Positions 1-9,791 of a stretch of 20,000 nucleotides of DNA are shown in pieces. Position numbers and translations under genes: made by a program. The notes under the pieces were generated by a model. It was not told the origin of the DNA, ran no database searches, and saw only the letters and a list, made by a program, of their open reading frames with translations. Position 1 is the stretch's first letter; the number at the start of each line of letters is the position of its first letter. This DNA is from Piedraia hortae CBS 480.64. Taxonomy: Eukaryota. The stretch spans positions 120,794-140,793 of the forward strand of contig MU005970.1 of the NCBI GenBank assembly GCA_010093745.1. Reading direction: 5' to 3'.

Positions 1-1523
1 CGTTATAGCCGTGTCGAGATCAAACTTGAGCTCTCCAGGCTGGTGGATAAACTCCTCCAACTTGGTGGAGTCTTTTAATTTGGCATAGCAGTTGAGTAGG
101 AGCGTTGTGTGGTCAGAGCTAGCCTTGCCCTCCTCGTGGAGAGCCTCGAGATAATCAACCAAGTTGCCGAGATGTTGGTTATCGAGGTACTTGCGGATAA
201 TCTGTGACGGCTCGGTATTGTCAATGGCGCGGAGATACTGCTGCATAGCCGTATCGTAGTCTCCTTTTTGGTAAAGATAGTCACCATACCGACGGAATAT
301 GGCGCTCTGCTGCGACGCATCCACCTGATACTTCTGTGCGAGGCTGATGGCCAAGACAAACAGATTGCGATGTGAGAGAATGTCCATCTTCTGCTTGAAC
401 AGCTTCTCGTGGTGTCTGAGAAGCTTACCATCCACAGTCAAAACGAAGATATCCCCCCACATGCTGAAGATGGTATTGACCTCACTCGACAGAGTCTCTG
501 AGTGGGCCACAAATTTGAGGTCCGTGTTGAGGATGGTAAAAGTCGTACTGTTTAGGATCGTCTCTGCCTGCGTACCACCAAAAGCACGCAGAGCAGCCGA
601 CGCCATGTTATTCGATTTTGGCGGAGACGCGACGAGGACATAGTCCTTGTGAACGCCGACCAACTTCTTCGCTCCTTCGTAAGCGTATGATGCTACCTTT
701 CCACGCAAGCTGTAACTGTAAATGGCATCCTCACGCGCAACAACAATATCATTAGACTGCGGCTCGAGCGTCATACACCCGATGGCACAGCCGTGGTTAT
801 CCAGAGTACGGGCTGGAGCGCCCTGTTTGTTCCCAGCAACGACCAAAGCACGTATATGCGCCGTTGTTGCAATGTACAATGCTGTCGTGCTTGCCTCACG
901 GAACTCCAGGCCCGTTATAGGCTCCTCGGACTCGAAAACCGTCCGCTGCTTCGTCCCACGGTCGTGGATGAAGTCTCCACGTACAACCGTTACCGCACCG
1001 TTCCCGAACCCAATCGCCATCTCTGTGATATCACTCGTAACCGCAAAACTGGTGACAGGGAAGCTCTTACGCCCATTCTGGACGGTGATTGTGCAGAGGC
1101 ATTTTGGCAGTTTTGATTTTTTTTCTGTCGTCTTCAAGTCCCAAACTTTGAGTTCTGGTTCGTGCAGCAGATCCTCTGCAAGGGTGACGAGGTAGGGGGT
1201 ATCGGTGATTTGTTTGGCATGCGTGAGGTTCGCATCGTGTGCTTTCCATGTTCTTGACAGCTGAAAATTCTGATCCAATAGTTGAACCGTCCCATCGGGA
1301 GATCCAGTGATAATTTCATTCTCTCCAGGCACCACACAGCTTACATTGGATTGCTTTGCTTGTCAGCTATATAACGAAAGAATCAACTCGACTGTCTACC
1401 TCCAACGAGACTTCAGATGGAAGCTTTATTTGGGAAACATCGAAGAAGCGAAATGCTTTCCACTGCCTCTGTTAGTCCTGATAATCCATCATTAATTTCG
1501 ATCGATACCGATGTCAGCGCCAT
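1..1523 (-). CDS. VPS11: Vacuolar protein sorting 11 (Pep5; HOPS/CORVET subunit), 5' part; gene runs off the window start. Exons 1523-1509, 1462-1400, 1353-<1
   Basis: Spliced translation reads MALTS|WKAFRFFDVSQIKLPSEVSLE|QSNVSC...LVTLAEDLLHEPELKVWDL...IGFGNGAVTVVRGDFIHDRGTKQRTVFESEEPITGL...LEEFIHQPGELKFDLDTAIT, matching fungal Vps11. Intron 1 is 1508-1463 (GTATCG..CTAAC..CAG, 46 nt). Intron 2 is 1399-1354 (GTAGAC..CTGAC..AAG, 46 nt). Absent from the ORF track because there is no stop codon in the window. Confidence 0.95.
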
Positions 1524-1590
1524 TCTACCGCCCCATTCGTTTGACGATGTCTGGTGGTAGCTGTCACCGGGACGTGCCGTTCCGCAACGA

Positions 1591-1614
1591 AACGGAACGG
1601 AACGGAACGGAACG
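1591..1614 (+). repeat. (AACGG)4+ pentanucleotide microsatellite in the 152-bp VPS11/SmF bidirectional promoter
   Basis: AACGGAACGGAACGGAACGGAACG, preceded by a variant AACGA unit and an inverted copy CCGTTCCG at 1577-1584. Confidence 0.9.
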
Positions 1615-1675
1615 CGCCGCCAAACGTCAACCTCACCTTTGAAGGCAGAACTTTTGCTCAGTTTTTACAAAAGCC

Positions 1676-2003
1676 ATGGCGGTGTGTGTTTTCGCACCGC
1701 TTTAAATTCTCAATACTGACATATATTCAGTTCGTCCCCCTCAATCCGCGACCGATGCTTCAAGGCCTCATCAACGAACCAATTATTGTGCGCCTGAAAT
1801 GGGGCGAGACCGAGTACACCGGCAAACTGGTATCTGTCGACAGTTACATGAACCTACAAATGAGCGGTACTGAAGAGTGGATTAACGGCAAGAAAAACGG
1901 CACACTCGGTCAAGTCCTCATCCGATGCAACAACGTTCTATGGATTTCTGGCGGCACAAAAGAAGACAACGACGCGGGGGGAGATACGGCGATGACGGGG
2001 TAG
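1676..2003 (+). CDS. SMX3: Small nuclear ribonucleoprotein F (SmF). Exons 1676-1681 and 1731-2003
   Basis: ATG GCG, then intron 1682-1730 (GTGTGT..CTGAC..CAG, 49 nt), then FVPLNPRPMLQGLINEPIIVRLKWGETEYTGKLVSVDSYMNLQ (Sm1 motif) and GQVLIRCNNVLWI (Sm2 motif). The N-terminus and KWG motif are SmF-specific. Confidence 0.96.
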
Positions 2004-2122
2004 CCTGCTTTTCCTTTCTTCGGTTTGTAAAATACAGCGCCGGCGTTAATAAACATCACGGGAAACGATGGGGAACAGTGGTTTTGAAAACGAGTCAATA
2101 CATCAGCAACTAATGTCCACAT

Positions 2123-2785
2123 TCAAGCCTGACAACCACTAGTTCCAGACGTCCAACCAACAAGTGGGTTCGCGATATCAGAACTGTAACAGTAAGTAGC
2201 CGCGCCAGCAGTGGAGGTGAGATCGCCTCCTGTGGGGATACTCCCGCTATTATAGATCTTCGCGGCTTTGTAAAACCGACTGACATCTACATGTGCAGCT
2301 TGAGAGATGCCTCCGTGGAGGGCGTACGTCGACGAACTCGCCGTTCCCTGCATCCCTTCAGTTATCATCCCCTGAATCTCCTCAGCGGGACACGGAGTCG
2401 TTACCTGAGCGCCAGAGTTGCAGCTGTGGCTGCCCTCGTGACTCTGCATTAACCCAGAGTTACTAACCGAATATGAAGTCGTCGGTACACGTACGCATCC
2501 GCCAGATTCTTGAATAACGATAGCGAGGACGAACCAGGCATCGACCCCGGATGATGCTGCGGAAGCGAGGATTGCTGCCAGCATTTCTGCGAGTTATGAG
2601 TGGAGTTATTCGCCACGTTAAAGCTGCTGCAGGATGTTGTCAGTTGGTCGAGGTTCATGTTCCATGCTTCGCTGAAGCTGCTAATCCACCTGCTTTGTGT
2701 GGGCCAGCCCTGCACTGCCGTCCCGTCGCCTTTGTAGGAGGATCGCGAAGCTGAGAGATGCAACTGCGAACGTGAAAATGCCCAT
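2123..2785 (-). pseudogene. Frameshifted secreted lysozyme-like (SLT/muramidase-fold) protein
   Basis: Three consecutive frames: signal-peptide-like MGIFTFAVASLSFAILL (ATG 2785); YKGDGTAVQGWPTQSRWISSFSEAW..SCSSFNVANNS; LAEMLAAI..GVDAWFVLAIVIQESGGCVRVPTT..GLMQSH..IYNSG..YSSDIAN.LVGW. The QES, GLMQ and YNSG motifs fit the SLT/lysozyme fold. Frameshifts near 2735 and 2595, with no splice signals seen there. Confidence 0.8.
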
Positions 2786-2888
2786 TTTTGATGATGTGGA
2801 ACTTACCTTGCGTTATGCGAATGCTTTTATGCCGATGTTTGATGCTGAGTTGATTTTGTATGGAAGGAAAGGGCTGGGAGGAGGGCGG

Positions 2889-2895
2889 TTATATA
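2889..2895 (-). promoter_or_regulatory. TATA box of the lysozyme-like gene
   Basis: TATATAA on the minus strand about 105 bp upstream of ATG 2785, followed by a pyrimidine-rich tract. Confidence 0.55.
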
Positions 2896-3096
2896 TCGAA
2901 ATTGTGGCTCAACAATGGACAATTAATAATGGCAAGGTTTCGTCTGCAATCACTTGTTCGTATCTGGTCTTTATGGTTATGGGACTGTCATTGTGCTTGG
3001 ACAAACAGCTGGTTTCGCTTTCAATAGTCTTTGTTCTGCCCCAACAAAGCACCATGAACACGTGACTTTTTTGTTCGCTCAAATCAAGCGTCTGCT

Positions 3097-3180
3097 ATCG
3101 AGCTCGACGAGGAGCTCGAGGGATGAAGTGGCAGTGAGAAGATGGTGAGATGAACAAGTCTCTACCGATGTCCTCTCGAG
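3097..3180 (+). repeat. Copy A of a diverged inverted repeat with a conserved hairpin (partner at 6440-6538)
   Basis: 3097-3127 ATCGAGCTCGACGAGGAGCTCGAGGGATGAA matches the reverse complement of 6508-6538 at 25/31. Further shared blocks TGAGAAGATG, ACAAG and TGTCC..TCGA occur in the same order. Confidence 0.55.
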
Positions 3181-3708
3181 TGGGAGGAGTTCATCTATAT
3201 CTCAGCGGTAACACTGATACCAGGATGTCAGGAAGATGCAGGTCAGCTGGACGATGATTGGAGATGTCGTCAGGATTGTATACGGAAATGAGCACTTGGT
3301 CAAGCATGAGTGGAAAAGGGAGAGAAACGATGAGATCCGTTGGTAAAGCCCGAGTCTTACTGCATGTCCGGAAGGATTTGTATCGTTATTAGCTTATAGG
3401 GACATCTTGATTGTCAAGTCCTGCTGCTGGAATGAAGAACCAATCAGCCAATGTTAGTAAGCCCGGCCAACGATAGTCCAAATTAGAATAGTCACTGCGA
3501 TGAGTTCATTGACCATCAATGCAAGTTCTATTAATGGTCGATGTCGATCAATGATTTGTATCAAAGATTGTCTATGAAGGGGGCAATTTATGGCAGGTAT
3601 TGATGCGAGTTGGCTGTTATGGTAGAATACCCACCAAGTCCGGTCTGCCATTAACTACAATTAAACTGACCATGATATAGACTAATTACTTCAAATCCTG
3701 AAAAATCT

Positions 3709-5564
3709 TCAACCAGTTTCCACTGAGTTAGCCAGCGACTTCTGCAACATACCCACCTGTTTATTCAGGTCTTTTATGCATGCTGCCATCTCTTGAATTT
3801 CGCTCTCCAGCTGCCTCTTATGCATCGGATCTCCATCTTTCGCCATCAAATTAGCATTCTTTTCCTTTGTTTTCCTCAGTTCTTCCTTTACAGGTTCAAG
3901 TTGCTCCGACTTAAATTGCAAGGCCATGTCTGGGAGTTTTTGGTTGGCCTGAGCCTGCGTTTCCATTCGCCGGATTTTTTCCTGATGTCGATCCTCGCTT
4001 CGCTGGGCATTCTCCCGGTAGTAACGAACATCTTCCTGGTGTCGAGCCTCACGCTGTTGAATGTCTTCCTGATGTAGGGCCTCACGCTGCTGGGCCTCTT
4101 CCCGGCCGCGCTGAATCTCTGCCTTATTGCGTTCGTCGCTCTCCTTGAGACGTTCTTCAGTCACATGAGCCTTGTCTTCGTAAACAACTATCATTCTCTC
4201 ATTCATTTTGCTCGAATTCATTGCTCCAGTTGCTGGCTTCTTGCGTGACGTTGATTCAAGCTATTTTTGGGAAACGTACAGTTGGAGTCCGGTACGTGTG
4301 GCAACGCAGCCAAATATCCCTTGAGGCATTAAATGTGGGTGATGGAGTGCTCTCTCTGTAGATCATTTGGACACAGGCATGAACCCTACTCTTCAAATGA
4401 TGAGCGTCTTCTGGAGCAATGGTCTAGTCCTGACTCAAGGACTCTGAGTAAATCGGGTGAAAATAGTAACCTTGGTTGAATCCTGTTTGTCCTTGATGAA
4501 GAAATGGCCATAGACGTTGAATTTTTGGGCATTGTGTGTCATGCTGAACCTAGAATTTGACCTTCCAAACTGTCGACCTCATCAGGTTTAGTAACTTGGC
4601 ACAATTGTCTAACGGCATCGACCATAGTAGCTGCAGCCGAGCATGCTTGCACATGAGCGTGATCCAAACTGACGTCCTTGGCCTTCAACTCGCACACAAA
4701 GAAAGGGAAATACAGTCCGCCCCTTGTGAAACGGGTAGGTCTATATTTTTCGTACCAATCAAGTTGATTCCACACATTCTTGTCGAAAGCCGTCTTCTGC
4801 AACCCATAGGCAAAGTCCGGCTTCGGGATTTTACCACCGATTCTTCGCTCCCATTGTACAACTGACTCTAGCATTAAGTGGGCATACCTTGACCCATAGG
4901 CGATGAAGAAGAACACAGACTCTGGTATGAGCCATGCGGTAAGTGCCCGCCGCAAATATTATTCATTCGCCGTGTCAAAGCGTTGAATTTGCTGTTCCCA
5001 CTCCACCATGGACCTCACGACTTCGATTTGCATTTCTACCACTGCCCACGACTCGAGCTTTTGTAGTTCAGCCGGATTGATCAAGCTCTTGGTGTCCGAG
5101 GGAAGCATCTCGATGGCCCTTTTACACTCATCGGGGCCAACAGTGGTTATAGGGTCTACTGGTCGTTTCCGGGGGTTGGAAGGTTCGCTCATGCTGGATG
5201 GCCAATTGGACGCTAAAACCCAATGAGCAACTGGGTCGTCCGGACCGCTAATATCAAAAAGATTGGATTGAAAGTCTTGTGGCAAAGCATTTCGGGGGTC
5301 AACAGTTGTGCATGAGAAATGGGCGGGAACGGATATCCACTTTTTGACTTCTCAATGTCTCGGATTATCCGACTGTCTCAGCCTTGTCAGGTCTTTGGTA
5401 GAAGCGCATTCACCGTGTGGCAGCTCCGACAGCACCCACCGCAGGGGAAACCCCTCGCTGAGGGAAAACCTGGGGAACTCACCCTTCCTCTGTTTAAATC
5501 GAGTAGGGCGGCATGGGGCTTGATCCACAGGCTCAGTGACAGTGTTGCGTTGGGTATACTCCAT
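3709..5564 (-). pseudogene. Disrupted fungal PD-(D/E)XK-like nuclease-domain gene (DUF7924-like, recalled from memory) with a C-terminal coiled coil
   Basis: Collinear fragments: DDPVAHWV..NWP; ANE*YLRRALTAWLIPE (TAA 4959-4961); IPKPDFAYG..AF..LYFPFFVCELKA..LDHAHVQ..AAATMV; QILG/FSMTH..NVYGHF (frameshift near 4548); YYFHPIY; YLAALP; RKKP followed by the Q/E/R-rich coiled coil of ORF 3709-4221. Further stops at 5352-5354 and 4424-4426 and more frameshifts at about 4465, 4340 and 4255. The 5' end is uncertain. Confidence 0.75.
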
Positions 5565-6439
5565 AAATAATATATCTCCGTACAGCCGGCCTCAATCCTC
5601 TTCATCCTCTGAAACGACGACCCAACCCTCAGAAAGTAAAACATTTACTGTCAGGTATGCCACCATTATCGTACAGCTCCCTCCGCATATTGCTCAGAGC
5701 TGCCCATCATGTCTTTCACCCAATGTTCGAGGCTATTTGTCCTTCTCACGAAACACCTCTCAGGGTTCGCAGTCAGGGGCTATGATGGCTCAGGCCGCCT
5801 CTTCTGTTATGAAAAGGGGGTGCTTTTCTGCGCTGGCCATTATATTCTTCAATGGGCCAGAATACTTTTGTAACCGTCCTGATGGGGTATGTCTTTCCGG
5901 GTCATATCGACGTGGTTCTGAAGTCGATTTTCCGGGGGTGGTAAAAGTGTCGTCGGTGAATTTGACCACCACTGTCTCTTGCTGGGGTCTTGCGCAGAGG
6001 GAGGTGTAAGATCGTTCGAAGGGGTGGACAATGTTCTTTCGCTCCCAGCCCAGCCGTTGGATCGCATGCCTCCTCGGCGTTATGCAGTTGATTCTGGACG
6101 TGGCCGGGAATCAATATTGTGACACGGGCTGGGTGTTCAGAAGCAAAGATGCATTACGATGGCTTTGGTTGTGTCAGAAGTCTGCCGCTTGCAGAAGGGT
6201 TGTTGAGACCGGATCCGACTCCGAATAAAGGAGATGAAGATGTGAAAGGAGTTGGGGGCAAAGGCCTCTCATGTATTTAGTCAGAAGGGTTTCCACCCAG
6301 AACATTAACGAATATCAATTTAGAGATATTAACTATGCTCTCTACTGAGGTATGAGTTCTTTTACCCCCCTCTTCCTCCCCCTCCAACTGACAGATCGTG
6401 TGCTGTTGTTTGGCCTTGCCTTAGACTAAGGCCGGCCTC

Positions 6440-6538
6440 GATATCGATAGGGACACCTGGCGAAATCTTGTCATCTTCTCATCTGTCTCATCGCCACACC
6501 TTCCATTTTCATCCTTCGAGCTCCCTATGTAGCTCGAT
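6440..6538 (-). repeat. Copy B of the diverged inverted repeat (partner at 3097-3180)
   Basis: Reverse complement of 6508-6538 is ATCGAGCTACATAGGGAGCTCGAAGGATGAA: same TCGAGCT..AGCTCGA stem as copy A with a different loop. CATCTTCTCA at 6472-6481 matches 3135-3144. Confidence 0.55.
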
Positions 6539-6593
6539 GAATATATCGGGTTCATGTTCAAAGCGGACTGTTTGCGCCCCCAATTTGGTCGCC

Positions 6594-6843
6594 ACGTAAG
6601 CCGAAGCCCGGGTACATTGAACACACCCCGAAGTTGAAACACTCGTAGTACTTTTTAGTAACTTTCAGCTTCGCAGTTGAATAACATCGCAACCATACAT
6701 TCGAATTCCAATATAAACATGCGCGATTGATCACTGAGCTCCTGGCTATCGTTTGGTCTAATTTTTTGAAATTTTTTGAGCCCGTTGAAGGTGCAGTGAT
6801 CAACTTCGGGGTGTGGTCAACTTCCCCGTGCTCCGACTTACGG
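6594..6843. mobile_element. Non-autonomous MITE of Fot1/pogo (Tc1-mariner) type, about 250 bp, degenerate
   Basis: Terminal inverted repeats 6595-6637 and 6800-6842 match at 36/43, including a perfect 16-bp core CACACCCCGAAGTTGA. The left end starts ACGT and the right end is followed by TA (6844-6845). The TIR contains tandem sub-repeats GAAGTTGACCAC/GAAGTTGATCAC. The interior is AT-rich. The left TA target duplication is not preserved. Confidence 0.75.
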
Positions 6844-7199
6844 TAGACACTTGATATAGCGGGCCTAGTATACTGGAAAGGGTGAGAGTGCCAGATCATT
6901 GCGCTATCGAGGTCTCCCTATATCACAAACGTGTCTGCAAGACCTCCATGTATAAAGTTGCTTGCTTAAATATTTGACAGAAAGTCATTGTGCGGGGCTG
7001 ACAGGACATGACAGTGGGGGTGGGTCTGTCGTGTGCGATGAGATCTCGTGTCGATCTGGGAACCAATATAGCAAGCTTTGTTTGAGTCGGCCAAGATGAT
7101 GCAGGCTCGTGATCTAATTCCTTGTTATACTAGAGGTGTTTCGGAATGACCAAGGGTTCTTGATGGAGACCAGCCTGCTGCCATTCCCACCATCGTCTA

Positions 7200-8331
7200 G
7201 CAGGCCCCTCGCCTGGCGAGTAATTGAAATACGTATTCAATGCTTGCTAGGTGTTGGCGCTTCCCAACCTGCGTCGGCCCGATCCACTTGGAAGCTCCCT
7301 TGAGTAGATCCACGTCACCTGCAGTAGCAGAATTAGGACAAGAGTCGCGATTCCTAGTCCCGTTGGACAGACCAAAGCAATGGTGGAAAGAACGTAAGTG
7401 AAAAAAATCCCAACTCCACATGATCTTTAAACTAAACCACTTGAATCAGAACGAACGGGATGCAAACAACGAGACGACAAAGACTATCACCCGATGAGGC
7501 GGCGTGCTTGACATGAAGGAAAGCCAATCTCATGAGGGAACAGGCCTCAGCAAAGATGTGAAGGTATAGGCAGCATACCCCCTATCAACACTCATCACAA
7601 ACGCAAAGTCAGCCAAGCAAAGATCGAGGCAGCATGCGTCTTATTAGGAAAACAGGGGTTTCTTCCCATGCTGCCATACGACAAATCACAGCGAAGATGA
7701 AGAAAACGTAAGTGGAGAATTACTCCAACCTCCACCCCCTAACCTAATAAACGGCAGATCCACTGGTCCCAAAACGACGAAGCCACGAAAGCCTACGATA
7801 GAAAAATGAGATGGCACGCCCTCCTATCTGCACGCCACGAAGCCAAGGATTCGGTGATAACCGCGTTCTTCCCAGATACCAACCGTGATGGCAAGGTATG
7901 AGCGGTGTACCGAGATGATGCATAATCGTCGTCAAAATGCGGCGACACAGGTAGGCCTCTCCCGTGCACACGAATATGATATTAACGGCTCGTAGAAGCT
8001 TGTCCAAGAAATACTGCAAGACCATACTGTTCGTCGTCTTCAGGACACAGCCCTCGTCGAGCATTTTGCTGAGGAGATGTCCTCCTGTCCTGCTTTTGCT
8101 TCATGCAAAAGTACATGCACCCCGCACGGAGCGACTCCTTGGGGAAGTGGTCTCAGAAGAGTAAGATATGCTCAAAGATCGAGTGTCGGGCAGTGCTGAC
8201 CTTCGAAAGTGATTTTTAGCAACTCGTGCGCTGAGGTTTGAGTGTTCGTGAGAACGTTCGAGCAAACTGGAGGGACGAATTAACGCCTGCTGGACGCATA
8301 CGGCGCAATGTTCACAAGTCTCTCCTTCCAT
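7200..8331 (-). pseudogene. Highly decayed amino-acid permease (APC/YAT family) relic with internal deletions
   Basis: Motif ghosts occur in the expected order across changing frames: LSARVAKNHFRRSALPDT (cf. L.R.LK.RH..MIALGGT, ~8200), GCMYFCMKQ (~8110), SMVLQYF (~8020), VNIIFVCTGEA (~7970), LAITVG..HRILGF (~7860), GFRGFV (~7785), STYV..MAAWEETPVFL (~7680), ASIFAWL (~7615), VDRG..YT (~7575), CIPFVLIQ..WSWDFF/TY (~7420), DVDLLKG (~7310). Confidence 0.55.
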
Positions 8332-9225
8332 GAAGTGTTTTTGAGAACAAGCAATGAAAAAAAGACCCAAAGTCGTGGCAGACACCAGCATACACGATAG
8401 GATGGTGTATCCTCCACTATTGATGGAGGGTACAGACCATCCAGATCTTCATTGGAGGGTATATCAGCGCTGTTTACAGCCTCTCTTGGTTGGTAAGATG
8501 TCTGTTCCGATCACATGACGGTCCACGGTGCGTCTATCTCGGGTATAGAGCAGTTTCCCTATCCACTTGCGAAGCCGAGTACGGGGACACGCTCAGGCGA
8601 TGGAGGGGTTGGTTTGGGTGAGGAGACTCCTGGCAGAGCTTTCTGACGCTGATTCACTTGTGGAGCTGAGTACTGGGGCAAACAAGGCTGCTTGGCTGGG
8701 AAGAATTCTGGCCGAGATTGATAACACTGGGGACGTTTGTGTTCGTACCTTCGGATCCATCTTGGGCGTCATGCATGGAGATTCGTTGGGAAAGTAGATC
8801 GGGGGAAACGTATGCATACTGGTATACACGGTTGTTTTCGCGAGTATCTTCACAAACTGATTCATCTAGTGCGACAAAAGAAGTACTGCACTTGCTAAGG
8901 ATTTGTTATATCCCAGGCTGGTTCTGGGATCTCGGTTGTTTTTCTTGTTCCAATCCCATTGATTAGCTAGACTGCTTACCTACCAATTATCTCCCGCCAA
9001 GGCTAGACAAGTATCGCGCGGTTGAGATGAAAGAATACATATAGCGCTTTACATCGTTCAATACTTGGGAATGTAAACCCAGCAATCAACATCAAACATA
9101 TATGATAGCCTCTCATCACTGCCCACTGCTGATTAAAAACACAACCACAATTCCAATTAGCTCGGTCTGCTCAAATCCAGTACGTAAATCACATTCCACC
9201 CTCCTTGTGCCACCTACCCCGCAGC

Positions 9226-9231
9226 TATAAA
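9226..9231 (+). promoter_or_regulatory. TATA box of the MAPEG gene
   Basis: TATAAA about 95 bp upstream of ATG 9324, followed by a CA-rich leader ending ACAACAATG. Confidence 0.6.
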
Positions 9232-9323
9232 CCCCGCCAGCCACCCTCGGCCCAACCAACGCCTCCCTTCATAACACCTTCAATAATCCACACCCCAATC
9301 CAACAATCCAACAAGCAACAACA

Positions 9324-9791
9324 ATGTCCGAAATCTCCTTTCCTATAATCTCCATCCCGGTGTACTATGTCCTATCCATCGTCCCGCACGCGGTAGCATT
9401 AAACCTCTCCGCCAAGGGCAATCCAAAAGGGCGACATGATAACCGCAATCCCAAGTCGACGACGATGCAGGAAACGTTGCGACAGAGGCTTTCAGCTCGC
9501 GATTTTGCGGCTTTTGAACGTGCGGAATCTTGTCATCGGAACTCGTTGGAAAATATGCCGCTTTACGTTGCTGCCGTGTTGGCCGGTGTGTTGGCAGAGA
9601 AGAAGGCTGGGGCGGGGAGTGTTGGGCTGTCGAATTTCTGTGTCATGTGGCATTTGATCAGGTTGCTGTATACGGCTAATTACATCATGACCGAGACGAT
9701 TCGGTGGAGTTATCTGAGGAGCTTGTTGTACTTTGCGGGAACGGGGTACGCGTTTGCTACGCTTTACAAGTCTGCGCGTGTTTTGGCCTAG
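9324..9791 (+). CDS. MAPEG-family membrane protein (155 aa, intronless)
   Basis: Intact ORF with good start context. Motifs SIPVYYVLSIVPH, DNRNP, ERAESCHRNSLENMPLYVAAVLAG, RLLYTANYI and SYLRSLLYFAG are typical of fungal MAPEG proteins; several hydrophobic segments. Confidence 0.88.
   Translation: MSEISFPIISIPVYYVLSIVPHAVALNLSAKGNPKGRHDNRNPKSTTMQETLRQRLSARDFAAFERAESCHRNSLENMPLYVAAVLAGVLAEKKAGAGSVGLSNFCVMWHLIRLLYTANYIMTETIRWSYLRSLLYFAGTGYAFATLYKSARVLA

Noticed and set aside
3290..3460. Splice-like signals on the minus strand (TACTAAC..CAG, GTAAGA)
   Set aside because: The implied exon has stops in all three frames; no coding model, and no evidence for a non-coding transcript from sequence alone.
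3709..4221. Standalone 170-aa coiled-coil gene
   Set aside because: Better explained as the C-terminal tail of the disrupted nuclease-domain gene directly upstream on the same strand.
5592..6110. Possible separate decayed gene on the minus strand (..VVKFTDDTFTTPGK..EEAA*..EGWVVVSEDEED*)
   Set aside because: Several stops and no family recognisable; cannot be distinguished from chance open frames without a search.
8500..8960. Minus-strand frames (MGLEQEKQ..* and ORF 8593-8865)
   Set aside because: Interrupted, Ser/Pro-rich, with no recognisable motif or convincing splice model.
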